Part shown: positions 1-12,300 of the stretch, in pieces
Layout of the letters: every line of letters begins with the position of its first letter
Numbering within the stretch: the stretch's first letter is position 1
Assembly (NCBI GenBank): GCA_000934665.2
Contig: KZ537974.1
Span: 1-64,000 of the forward strand
Source: Catajapyx aquilonaris
Taxonomy: Eukaryota
Length of the DNA stretch: 64,000 bases
Direction of reading: 5' to 3'
The notes under the pieces: model-generated
Told to the model about the DNA's origin: nothing
Databases searched by the model: none
Seen by the model: only the letters and a program-made list of their open reading frames with translations
Program-made: the position numbers and the translations under genes

Positions 1-393
1 GGGGGGGTACCATTACGACGACCCCCAACTTTATGCTGATGCCACCCCTTTAAGCAGAGTCATATGGGGCCCGCTGGAAAACAAGCTTCGTCGTGGTTTA
101 GCAGATATTTTTTGAAATGGTGTGTGTACCGACGCGACGGTTCAGTGAACTCGTACCCACTCCTTCAGCTGAAATTAAACAGGCAGGGAAATAAAACATA
201 AACATACAATATTATCTTCGGGCATTTTAATCACGATATGTCACTCTTCATGCAAAATGCGTGTAAGGCGCATATTTGTTGAACCGGCTTGGAATGATTT
301 CAGGGAGTAATCCCGGACACAACTTAAGCCTGCAGCCATATGTGACGGGCTGCAAAACAGCGACGTCACATTGCAGAACATATTTCTGACACC

Positions 394-438
394 CATGTGT
401 ATTCGGTACAGGACCAGCCTCTGTACCGAGTACACATG
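394..438. repeat. Short strong hairpin (18-bp stem, 9-nt loop)
   Basis: CATGTGTATTCGGTACAG (394-411) pairs with CTGTACCGAGTACACATG (421-438); the single non-Watson-Crick position is a G-U wobble on the + strand. Confidence 0.9.
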
Positions 439-3400
439 CAGATGGAAAAAAAGGGACATGTGGTTACCATATGCCAGCGTGGTTTGTGGCGATGTCCATT
501 TTGCTCTGGTCCCGCTTTGCGAGATAAAGGCATTAGAGGAGGGGTTGTTTACAATTTTACATTACTCGCTCGTTAATTTTTATTATTTGCGCGGGCAAGA
601 GCGACAGGGGTTTCAGCGATATGCGGGCCATGTTTTTTGGCGTATTCGCTCTCCGGATCCTAGGTGTCCCCACCTCTGCTGGCACCGGGATTTACTACTC
701 TATCGTGAGCTGTTAAGCTCAGCCATTATCTATAAATTTAATTTTTGTAACGAGCGAGCATAAACAATGCGCGCTACATCATTAGCTTAATGCCTGGACC
801 ATCGTGTTCAGTTTTTTTCTTCTTCTTTTTTTTTCCTGCGCATTCCAGCGGGGGCTATAGAGTGCGTATGTATATGTGGGACCGGGGCTCGTCAGGGTGA
901 TTGGTCGCAGGGACAAGGGAAAATGAGTCCCCCGCAAATGACACTGGTCGGATTGTCCCCAGCTCCTGCTGTCCACTTTGACTCCCAAATTTCGCTGCCA
1001 TCTCTCCCGTGAATCGCCACGGCCCTAACCTGATCTGCGACCATGTGACACGATTATTGTTTCGTGTCGGGTGGAACTACGGCCGGTGTACAAATTGGGG
1101 CACCCAAATTTGGCTCCGGTATCATCCAATTAGGAGTGGGGAATGTGTATTTGCGGTAGGTGTACTGTTTAGGTTGATCGATGTCGATAATGTGATGTCT
1201 AATTTTTGGACTTGCAATTGCACGGATGAAGTGCGGTTTAGTGAATGAAACGGTGGCCACTGCGAATTTCATTTGGCAGGTTAGGGCACGTGCTGTAAGA
1301 AGCAATTGGGTTACCCGTGGAAAAGGACTTTCTGGTGCAGTTGTGTTTTTAGGTGTTTCAGTGCCTAAGTTTTAAGTACAGTACGCTGCCGCTAGCAATT
1401 TTTAATCACAGTGGATTATCATGGCTCTCAATTTACCTAGACCTAAATACCAGAGTATGCCGTTATGCACGCTCTACCGTAAGAAAAGGCTTTCACTTGC
1501 AGCTGTGTTTATAATGGAAATTGACCAGCTTTAATGTTGGAATATGAATAACGTAAACGTGGTAAAAGCAACAAGCACACAGTCACCTACCGAATATTTT
1601 CCAGCCGCAGAAAGTAGCTTGTACTATACAGTTAACACCTTTTGCTAACACATGCTCGACTCTGGAAGGCTTTATAATATTTTAAACTGCTAATACGGCT
1701 TAGGGAGAACACTTTGTAATTACAATTTCAGATCCCTTAGTCTTTAATAAACTTCATGAAGTCCTTTCAAAGTAAATCTCGGCGCCCTGCTGTTACGTAA
1801 CCTTTGAAGTATTCGGTTGTAGGCACTTTTCCGAGTAGGGAGAATTTAAACAGACACCTTGCTTCTACATAAGTGTAGAGTGGGTTAGAGCCAGCAAAAG
1901 ATCACAAGAAACTCTTGAAATTCTGAGAGCTTTTCTCCAACATACGTCTAGGACACACCACAGGATATCCCGCCATGCTCTGAGACCTAAGGTATAGAGA
2001 TGATGCGAGTAACGCTATACAGTTCCGCTGCCTACACAGTACACAATCATACTAAAATCTGCTGAAAGATTAGATTAAGCCAGCACTCATCACAAAAGAG
2101 AAACTCGAGTGAAATTAGGCGCGCAGAAAGAGAAAGGTCTCATAGAATTCGGCACATCCGACAAGAAATACATATTTACATTGTAGGAGTAGCACTGGGG
2201 GATCGTTTATTATGCATTGCGGCCGGATGAAAGTGGAAGCATGCGACCTCGGAAGGCTCAGATTTTCTCATGAATCGCGTCCCTCTGTCTTAGACTTGAG
2301 TCGGGGGGCGCAATGTGGGCATAAGCCAATATCCAGGATTGAATTCCAAGAGGCAGCATCTTGGACGTAAAAGTGGGACGCCACCCAGGCAGTTGTTTTC
2401 ATTTCAACCTACGCCTTCTCAGGGGGACGGGGAAAAAAACTGTCATGAAGACGGACGTCCGGCAAGTGAGAAGTGATTGCAAACTCAGTTTGATTACGTA
2501 CGGAACGAACGGAGCTGAAAAGAAAATCAGGAAGATGTTGGTTCAGCGTTCATGAAATGTCAATTCGTATTTTTTTTATGTAGAGAACTATAGCTAAATT
2601 GTAATTTGCGTCATGATATATTTGTACATGAAAAGTGGAACTTAACGTTCCCTCTCTGCGCTCCATATATCTCCCGGGGCAGTGTTCCCGTAATTTATTC
2701 TTGGAGGGGGTTGGCCCGGATTTATTTCCGGAGCTCCAAAGTTGAAAAATCCGCCCCTACAACTGCAATTCGCCGAATAATTTCATTTGGCCCGCACCAA
2801 CTGTAGTGGTAGATCTGTAAAGAAGTGGACACGATTTGAAAATGCTTTGATAATCGTATTTGAAAAGCTCCACTCTGATTACACCGTAAACGGTCCATGC
2901 TGCTGTTTGGGAAGGTATCAGCCGCCAATGTGGGTAGAGAAGAGGAGCGGGGGGAAAAAAATGGCAACCGCTTTATTAAATGTTTGTAAAGCGTAGCTGC
3001 CAGGTAATGGGGATGGATGTGAACTTCACTCATTGGATTCGCAGGGAACGGCCTTTGTGATGACACGATCCGTAAGTAATGTCGGATTACCAGCATATGC
3101 TTCAAAGGATTACTGATTAGATCCAGGAATAATTTTGATTTATAGATGGGCTAATTATCTGCGATGAATCCAATTAGAGTTGTAATTGGACCCGGGTTTT
3201 TTTTATATAGAGGGGTTTGCGCGACATCAAAAAACCGCGATCAAAACGTAGCCAAGTTTCGCACGGTTTTTTGCATTTGGATGCAACAACATTTCCCACA
3301 AAATGCGGCTGCAGCACTTTTGGAGCCGTATCATTCTTGTTCTTATTTTCTAAGTTGGTCCGGATCATCTAAAGTTGTTATCTTGTAGAATTATGGGGCT

Positions 3401-5411
3401 CCACTTCTATAGTCGAGAGAGTGGGAATTTGCTGGGGGGAAAAAAGAAGCTCGCGATATTAAGTATTCGGAGCACAGCCAAGTGTGTAAAGCGATACGAG
3501 GTGCTTTTCTAAGCCCGGTTGTAAAGGTAGTTCGCACACTTTTTGGGCGTCGTTAGTGGAATGGGAGGAAGTATTGTTTCGAAGATTGCGTTCTCTTCAG
3601 GGAGTGTTACGGCACGGTTATTGTGTGGTATCTTCTCTGCGCAGTTGGAGCCGGATTATATTTGAATTTGGTCACACGTTCCAATAACTAGAATCGTTCT
3701 TGGGATTGGGCACAGTGAACTGGCAATTAGTTAAAAAAAATCCTGGGGGTGCACGTTAAATTGATTATTTACGATTGAGCGCCGGATAGAGATAACTGCG
3801 ATATTGCAATCTTAGCAGCATAAATCGCGAACAAATGGCGTAATTGCAACGCCGACTGTACATTATTTCGGGAGTCCATCAACCAAATCTGTGGATGTCC
3901 ACTGCCGATAATTGTAGTGTAAATCCTCACGCATCATTACAGTGACAAATTGGATTCATTGTTGAAGTCTGGTAATTTATGTTCAGAATATGAAGCATGC
4001 AGAATACGAGTTCTCCGTGGGGATGCAATGTTTTTGTATGATCACCATACTGCACATTATGGGATTTTCTGCTTGCTGAAGCCTGCATTGTATACCGTAT
4101 TGCTTCATCTGTATTGACCCAGTTTGCGTGTCTCTTTGTTGCTGCACAGGACCATTTGCATCCTAAATCCGGGTCAAGGAGGTCAATACAGTGGGATGTG
4201 CTTTAGTCAATTACAGTGGTCATAACATGGTGCAATGTTTCATGAGCAGGTGCCCATAACTTTACATGATTTAGATGCCTGTGCACATCCCGGTCTCATA
4301 TTTGGCAAGGACGTAGTTGACGCAATTTGCATGCACCGTCACTCGGCGTTTGTTAATGCAACGTAGTTTCCGGGTGTGGATGTGCAGAAAAGGTGCTTAA
4401 GAGGTCGGTCCTCCCTTAATTTATGGATAGCATGTCGCCTGGAGAAGGAGGGAAAGAAACTGCGCTAGTCTTTGCTTGTTTATATAGTCTTACAAAGCGG
4501 TTGACTTGGATACAGAGTAGATGGGTGAGTAACCTTTGGCCCCTTTCCTTCTCCTGCCTGTGGCCAGTTTCATGAGCGGTTTTTGCATAACATGAGCGGC
4601 ATTAAAGTGCTGTACATGCATAGAAAAGTATAGTGCATAATGATGTTTTGAGAATGTGACCATCCTATACCGGATGTCTCATGGCGCTCTCAGGTGAGCA
4701 CCCTCTGCAACATTCCTCGGCAGGTGATATGATCTGAAGGTATAGTAGGAGTGTCCGGGGGCTGGTCCTAGCTACTGTACAATGCCCTTGGAGTAGGCCT
4801 ATAGCACAGTACATAATCGCACGGCAAAGGTTTCCGAACGATGTTACAGGCAATATAGTGCATTGGAGGAAAGAAAACGTTTTCATGAAACTGCGACCTA
4901 ATTTTTGCCAATTGCATTGCGAAATTTTGTTGACGCACTTCACGAAACCACATTCTGCTTCCTTTCTTTCAATTTTCAGCTCCGATTTGCATCCACCACA
5001 TCCTCCGGCTATAGCAAGAAAAGCGGAAACACTAATCATGTATCCAATAGGGAGTATGCACCACCCTTTCAGCCGGAAAAATTGGCTTTATCCTCCGAAA
5101 TACATTTTTTGATTTAATCATGCGAAAGAAGAAAGGGAAAAGAGACCTCGGTTGTTATCTCACTGGCACGGGATTCCCAGAACACTGCTTTTATGTCTTG
5201 CGTGTGCGCTGGGACGTTACTTAATATGAAGAATTAGTCCAGATCTCTCCACCCACTTCCTTTTCTCTCTACCCCCTTCTTCTATATACCACCAGGACCA
5301 GCCTAGAGTTGAAAGAGAAAAGAAAACCAGGCTGGAACCGAGGGGATGTTGCGAGGTCGCCTCTTTTGTCTTGCAAAATGGGCGACTCGCCCGAAGCAAT
5401 TTCGGCCAGCG

Positions 5412-5415
<4 letters not shown>

Positions 5416-5483
<68 letters not shown>
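5416..5483 (+). repeat. (GA)34 microsatellite
   Basis: Uninterrupted GA run; it explains the ERERER and SLSLSL ORFs. Confidence 0.98.
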
Positions 5484-5484
<1 letters not shown>

Positions 5485-5759
5485 GCGGCCTCCCCCCTCG
5501 CCCCCTTCCAAAAACTTAAGCCCGCCTTATGACGTGAATTAGTGTACGAGTTGTGCCCCCTCCAGGGCTTATTTACGGCTTCCGCATACTTCTTGGCGCC
5601 TGTCTTTTCTATTAATTAAGTGAGCATCATCGCAATACCAGTAGGGCGAAGAAAAGAAGTGTGGTTTAAGTGCCGTTTCCAGTATTGTTGAGGGTGTGCC
5701 AGCTCTAGTTGGCTCAAAAAAGTCGGTGTATGTTGGGTTGCATCACATCAGGATGGAAA

Positions 5760-5853
5760 GTAATCCTGAATGATTTGTTTGATAATTTTTAAATATTTTA
5801 ACGAACAATAGCCAAAAACCGTATAGATGTCCTATATATAGGACGCTATGCAT
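5760..5853 (-). repeat. Dispersed repeat copy 1 with palindromic core GTCCTATATATAGGAC (5829-5844)
   Basis: The reverse complement (ATGCATAGCGTCCTATATATAGGACA...AAATATTTAAAAATTA) resembles 60881-60975. Confidence 0.65.
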
Positions 5854-8800
5854 GTATTGAGCGATTCTGTAAAATTGCATGGTCCAACTAGGTCCAGTGG
5901 AAAAGTGCTGCGTTTACATGATCCCAGCAGCTGATGGTGGTCCGAGACTAAAGATGACGGCGTTCAAAAATGGCCAGAAACGACGTTACGTAAATGGACT
6001 GCCCCATAACGCTTAGTAGTCGAGTCCCTCTATCGCTTGCCGCGACTTGAGGTGCAAGGTAGCGGAGGTAATAAGGGATAGTGCACTGATCCCCACAAAA
6101 TCCTAGCTTAATGCCCAGGTTAGGCCAGGAGATCCCCTACTTTTGTCCGGTCCGGCGAGTGTGTGGCTTAAGGCAAAATGGGGAAGCCTTTTTCTTATAC
6201 TTTTTTCCGTTTTTTTTTAGAGGGGGCCGATTTGCATTCGGGCAGATTGAATCGTTCGGAAGCCGATGCGAGCTATTTGGGGGGGTCTTCTTAAGGAGAT
6301 TGGCCCATTAGGTAAACTTTGCAGGCGACTGGACTAAAATGCAGCTGGCGTGGCCTTTAGACTCGTTGCGTGTGCCTCAAATGCTAACCGGATTAACAGG
6401 AGGTTCGGGAAGCCCCCCGGGATTTCTGGAAGGGGGGTGAAGGAACAGGAGGGGGGGGCTTGAAAATTGTCGGGTTGGAACGACGACGACGCTGTCTTCT
6501 GGCGCGTCAAGTGCTTAAGGGGGGTTTAACGTGATGAATTATAATTATGTCTGTAGTGTAAGCCACGATATTCTGCAAAAAAAAAAAAACCCGTTGAAAA
6601 AGGAGGCAGATATTTCTTCTTGGCAAGTCGACTTTTGAGAGAAGTCGTGGGAAAGAATAAATGTTTGCAAGGCGGTCCTCATCTTCTCTTAATGAGACCG
6701 TTAGTGGCGTAGTGTCCGCTATTGGAAAGTGGCGTAAGTATCGGAGGATCGATCAGTCCGGCTTCAACTGACTAGGAGTCTAGAGTAAACAAGCGACAAT
6801 CCCCTTAAGAATTTTTTAGGTGCTAAAATGGGGATTTTTACCTCGACCTTAGCGTTTATTAACGGCACGTTTTCAGAAAGGGGAGTGACAGGGCTGACAG
6901 GGCTGACGGGCGTTCATTATGTGAGCCACGCCCGCCCTCGCATTTTTTTTTTTTTTTTTTTACAATTCTGAAAGGAAAATGGGGCGTCCAACCGCGCCAT
7001 AGAGTTGGCGTACAGTAATGTTTGCTAATTAGTGTTTACGGCTTGATTGACGAATTTATCTGGCGAATGTTTATTAACAGGACGTCAAATAATAATGCGC
7101 GGTAATAACTCCGCGAATCGAGCGCCATACAAATGTGATTAGTTAATTTGAATCTGCAAAATGCTGATAGCTTTGTTGCGTGCCGCGAAGGTGTAATGAG
7201 GACATGGATATATCGGTTTGTGGCGTGCAGTTTCAGGACATTTTTTGGAGTGCCTCTGGTGAGGCTGATTTTGCGATATCTGCATCAGATTGTGGCCATA
7301 GGAACGTAATATGTACCTAAAAGTGGCTTTGGTGGGACCATGTGGTTTGTGGCTGCTAGATGTCGCCACACATCTTGGATTACAAACGTGCTGCCATCTA
7401 CCGCAATTTTTTATTTCAAAGGAGACGTTCCTCTCTAAGGTGTTAAATTCTTGGCCCGTACTACACAACCCCCGTTTTTTTGTGGGGAAGAGGCGGTCAT
7501 TTTCACTGGATGGAAGGCGACCAAGCGGTAAGGTTCCAGCTCTTTTGCTCCAGAAGCCTCTTGAGATTGCGCCTCAGTGTAGCCTTTATCTCCCGAGGAG
7601 GAGCCGGCAGGCAACTCCTTATTTCCAGCCTGGTTCAATCGCTGAGAACTTTGGAAGCCTCAAAGTTTTCACAACCGCACTCCAGCAGGAGCTGTAGCCA
7701 TGGCTTCTTTTTTTTTCTTCTTCTACCCCATCTTCTGCCTTACCCTCTTCTTTTCTTTTCTTCTTACGCGTCCGCAGGCAAACGAGAGCGACAACGACGC
7801 TCTAAAAGTTTCAGGATCGCATGACTGAATTAATGAGATGAAAAGCGCATACATTATAATCATTTTGACGAATTTATGAACCACGCTGCGGACTTATCTT
7901 TCAACCTTGTGGCTGTTTTTAATCTTCAGGGCAAGGAAGAATCCTTAAAGACGATCGATAACAACAGCACTTGGTATTAAATTACCTCATTTTTTTTTGG
8001 AGCCATCCTGTAAACTAGTCAGGAACAGAATATTCCTTCTGGACTAGCAGGGAGCTAATATTGGTTTCGTTTTGGGAGCACGTCAGTTGCAGTAGATCTC
8101 AAGCATTAATTAACCAATAGGCACATGTTCGGATAGATGCATGGGTCGGCCTGCTATTCTAGGGGCAGTTTTCCGGGGAAAAAATGACAACGACCATTAG
8201 TAAATTATGAGCAAATTATGAGTTTCAGAGTGGACCCCTAATTATTGCATCCATGATTCCGAGCCAAGCTTGAAATGCGAGCAAAGTGCAGAAAGTGCGA
8301 CCACTCCACAAGCCACAAATATTGCCGCTCTCGAGCGTTATTGGTCTGGAAAAACGCGGCCTATAATTCTCCCTAGATGTGCTCCATAGACCGCGTGGAC
8401 CACCACCGGCTAAATAATACGCCCTCGAAATTGCCCAACCAAGAAGAGAGATGGTTTCGAAGAGGAAGATTTCTCCCCCTCCACCAAAAGACCATGAGTT
8501 ACGTGAGTTGCGTGAATCAGGCGATTTTGGGGAATAACCCACCAGGGAGACTTGTTAGCGAAATAACTAGCATATCTGCGTACTAAAACCGGTACAAGCC
8601 ATGTTCCTTAAAAAAAAAAGGTTGTTGTTACTATAGGGTGGTTGGCTGCAGTGATTTGGCAGTCCAAGGACTTGGAAGTCGAAAGTTGTCCGAGTCTGCT
8701 ATTGGTCCAGCTGGACTTAAACCCAAGCGCCGCTGTTGCTGACCGTAGTTTTCCCAGCGCCTTTACTGGAGGCCCTCGGAGAGAAGTACTGCTTTGCTTG

Positions 8801-9185
8801 AGATGATTTCCTGGAAGTTTGGAGCTAGAGTGGTGTTTAAGGTGAAGAACTCCAGGGAGGTGTTCCCTGCGTTTAAAAAAAAAAAAATGTAACTTCCATT
8901 CTTGGCGGGAGGGCCAAAAGGGTATGACCTAGGATTTGAGGTGGGAATCAAAATGAAGCTAAACTCGACAATGATGTCAGTTGGCGTCATAAAGGGCCTT
9001 TCATGCTATGCGGGGTTTATTGCACGGAATTGCAGCCATTTGGGGGTCGATGGCGTCGGACGGCATATGATTTCGCATATTAGCACCTGTCCTGGCATGT
9101 GAAATCGCAAATAATGTCTTGTAAATATTTAAGTAAAACTGCTATCCGCTTAACATTTGTGCCGCAAAAAGGTGTGTTGTATCAT

Positions 9186-9224
9186 TAAATTAATTGTATG
9201 CCTTTTGTGTCTTTACAGGTAAGG
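9186..9224 (+). promoter_or_regulatory. Candidate recursive splice site (ratchet point): 3' acceptor abutting a regenerated 5' donor
   Basis: TAAATTAATTGTATGCCTTTTGTGTCTTTACAG|GTAAGG: branch-like TAAT, pyrimidine tract, CAG (AG 9217-9218), then immediately GTAAG (9219-9223). This matches the YAG|GTRAG architecture of Drosophila recursive splice sites. Confidence 0.6.
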
Positions 9225-9249
9225 ATCTCTGGGGATTGAAGCAGTGAAG
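9219..9249 (+). other. Candidate cryptic RS-exon (31 nt; 78 nt with the alternative donor)
   Basis: Downstream donors AAG|GTAGGC at 9250 and GAG|GTAACG at 9297. The 31-nt segment ends in purine-rich GAAGCAGTGAAG, which is ESE-like. Confidence 0.45.
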
Positions 9250-9339
9250 GTAGGCCTGTGCCTTATTTGGTATGCAAATGTCATTTTGGTTGTGAGGTAA
9301 CGTGCGTCGCACAATGATTCGATCGAATCCAAATGTGCG

Positions 9340-9360
9340 ATTTATTTATTTATTTATTTA
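9340..9360 (+). repeat. (ATTT)5 microsatellite
   Basis: Direct tetranucleotide run. Confidence 0.9.
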
Positions 9361-12300
9361 ATGTCCCGTGAGGGAGAGACCTTTCCAATCAGAGGAGGCA
9401 AAGAAGAAAAATAAAAATGTGCGACTTTACTGGTAAATTTTACCACAGCTTGCTTATTAGCACGAACCTGTAAGTTCCATTTTTTTTTGCGTGTTATATC
9501 CGACCGGCTTGCATTGATTCTTGCAGTACCAGTGCTTTGTCTGCAGAAAAGCTGTTGAGCGACTCGGTGACAATATTTGGAGCTCCATGTACCAACCTGA
9601 AAGAAAACTTATTGGAAAACTCGAGGCCCGAAGGACGGAACCCGGTTAATAGAATTACTCCCCTGCGCCATTTTAAAGATGATTCACAGTCCTTTTAGCT
9701 GCTCGCCCAAGGCTTTTGTAGTCCCAGTCACGGAGCCATTGTTTCTCCCCATCTACACGCCCCCCCCTCAGATTTCTCAGCGTCAAAATCCTCCTTTGCA
9801 GTAATTAGATCCAAGTTCTTCAACTAGTATTTTTCACAGTTACTCTCTTTTTTTGTTGGTTTGGTTGGTTGGTTCTCTCTGTTGAGTTTTCCCAGGAACA
9901 AGCCTCCGGAAAGTTTATTTTTTGCACGCCAAACTATGAGAGGAAGGATGATTGGCACATCCATAGCGCAAGCTCACTAATGGAGTAGCCTTTCTCAGAC
10001 CACGTTTTGGACCGGGATTAATTATTACCCAACTCTACAGTGTGCTGTACTTTGCTAACTAATGCCAGTAACGTAATTTTCCTAACAATTAAAAGGGCCT
10101 CGGTACCGCTTATGTAACTCTGGTGTAATTATTGGGTTACGCAGGCAGCTACTTGTGGCGGAGTGGAGATGCCTTGAGAGCATTCTGCCTTGGGATATGC
10201 CTGTCTTGTTAATGAACATTGGTCGGTTAGGTGTGTGGTTTTAATTTTACCTCACAGTGTACAGTGTGCCCGGAACAATGTTTCAGACAAACGTTGTTAT
10301 CAGCACCAAGGTTCCTTTTTCTACACCACCTGTTTTACAAAGCAGCTTTGTGATTCAGCGAATCAGTAGAGGTCCCTGTATACCTGAAATTGACGTGTAA
10401 AAATTGACCGGATGTATTTTTTTTTGAGGCCGCAGACTTGGCAGGATGCAGTTGGGAGACGCATTTTTCAGAGGGCGCTCATGTTAGCCGCCACCATTAA
10501 TCACCACTCATGAAACCGACTCCAATTAACCGTAGCTGGCCTGGCACCGCCGGTTGTTACATCGTTATTAAAATGCATGCGACTGTGGTCGAAGTTAGGA
10601 TTCGGCTGGCTTGATGGCCCAGCAGTGTAAAATTTAGGAGATGCGTATACCTTCCTTTTAAAAACGCGGCGTAAATGGATGCTATATGGGCTTTTTATGG
10701 CGCAGATGGTTGTATTGGAGCGGCCATAAATGGAGCGTAAGAGAATCTGGCGGTTCATCTTTGCAGTTTGGCGTGGTACTGACATTGGTCACCAAGAGCT
10801 GGGTCGGAGAAAATCTGTACACATATCAAAAATGTTAAAATGTGCCAGAAATGTCCATAACTTGCAACCGGAAAGCATTTGCTGTAACTTGTGGATTTTT
10901 TTTCATGGGGATGGTAAAAAGTGAGGCAGTTCGTACTAAATATTGACAAAAATGTCAGCGTTGCGCACTTTTGCCTCGAACAACGAGTATATTTGCGCAA
11001 ATGTGTTTCTCTTGAAAATGAAAGTCGAGATTGCGCTTTTGCACTAGATGCTTGTGTTCCTCTTTTTTTTTCGTTTCGCTTCTGTTTTTTTTCTTTGTGA
11101 CGGAAGAAAATAAGTGAGGTTGACGCTTACTGCGGAAGCGGGTTTGTTCTCTGGAAAACGACCGCAGTGAAGACGAAGGCGTGAATTTACTAGAGGACGG
11201 TTTGTGGAGTCCAGAGACACATGTGCGCGCCGTTTATTTTGGCTGGCAGTCATAAACAAACGACGCCTTCCCCTGTATACAAGGCCTGCTGGTTAGGCAC
11301 TTTGAGTCTTTGCTGCGTTGCTCAGAACCAGAAATATTTTCGTGTTCCAGATTTGGCCATAATTAATATGTCGTGCCATATGTTGGGTGTGGTAAACAAG
11401 TTAGTCCTATTTGTGCAGCCGTAATAATTCGTGCTAGAATTTGCGCAATATTAAAGTGACACAATTAGTACTGGAACACGGTGATTTTTTTTTTGCTACA
11501 ACTGACAGGCATCGACTAAAGTTCATGATTTGATTCAGAAATGAGTATATGGTCATTTGCATTTTAGTATCAGTAGGCTATACGTGGGTCAGGTCTGTGT
11601 ACTTATACTACACCTGCTGAAATGTTACTCCACCGAATTCATCAGGAGAGGATAATGCTTTGAATGTGACGTGTTGAATAAAGCCCATTTCATTTCGCGA
11701 AGCCATCCCATTGTTACCTATTTCGATCCTAGTTTTTTTCTCTGTCGAACTGCAGTGAAAGGCTACTGAGGACCGCTGAAAAAAATGTCATTTGACTTCC
11801 ACTGGTGCACACCATTACGTGCGACGGAAATTGAGCCGGCTAAGGGGTGCTTTCTGTAATAAGTGCGTTCGAATGAAATTGTCCAGCTGGAAATGTAGTT
11901 TTTGGATCATGTCCATCCAGTTTTTTTTTTTTTTTTGTAAAAAAAAATCAGTCCCATTTATTGTAAGAATGAAATATAACTACGGGAATGTCCCAAATGA
12001 CAATGGCAGATACACAATTAAGGTGCACTGCGCTAACTGTAAATCAAACCTACACCTGTATGTGCCAACATGAAACTGCTTGTTTTGTTTGGAGGGGTAG
12101 GGGCACGAATCATCCGCATATATAGCAGTGCCCGTAGGCAGCCAAAAAACCGGAATCACTGGGCACGGAAGCGTCGCACCGCAGCAGGAATGAATTGGGG
12201 CATAAATTTCAAAATGCATGCAAACTTGGACAAAAAAAAGCTGATTTTCGTAATGAAAACGCGGGGCGGTGAGGACTGTTTGGCAAATGAGAAACGGGAA

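Noticed and set aside
1880..2110. Degenerate direct repeat (AGCCAGCA...ATCACAA...GAAACTC) about 185 bp apart
   Set aside because: Short and gapped, only two units; cannot be distinguished from chance or an old TE relic. Not a CRISPR-like array.
4780..4792. CAATGCCCTTGGA, resembling the 5' part of insect miR-2788 as I recall it
   Set aside because: Match stops after 13 nt and there is no complementary arm forming a precursor hairpin.
5269..5542. ERERER / SLSLSL ORFs
   Set aside because: Translations of the (GA)34 microsatellite.
6700..6740. tRNA/SINE A-box-like TGGCGTAGT motifs (also ~29437)
   Set aside because: No correctly spaced B-box or cloverleaf.
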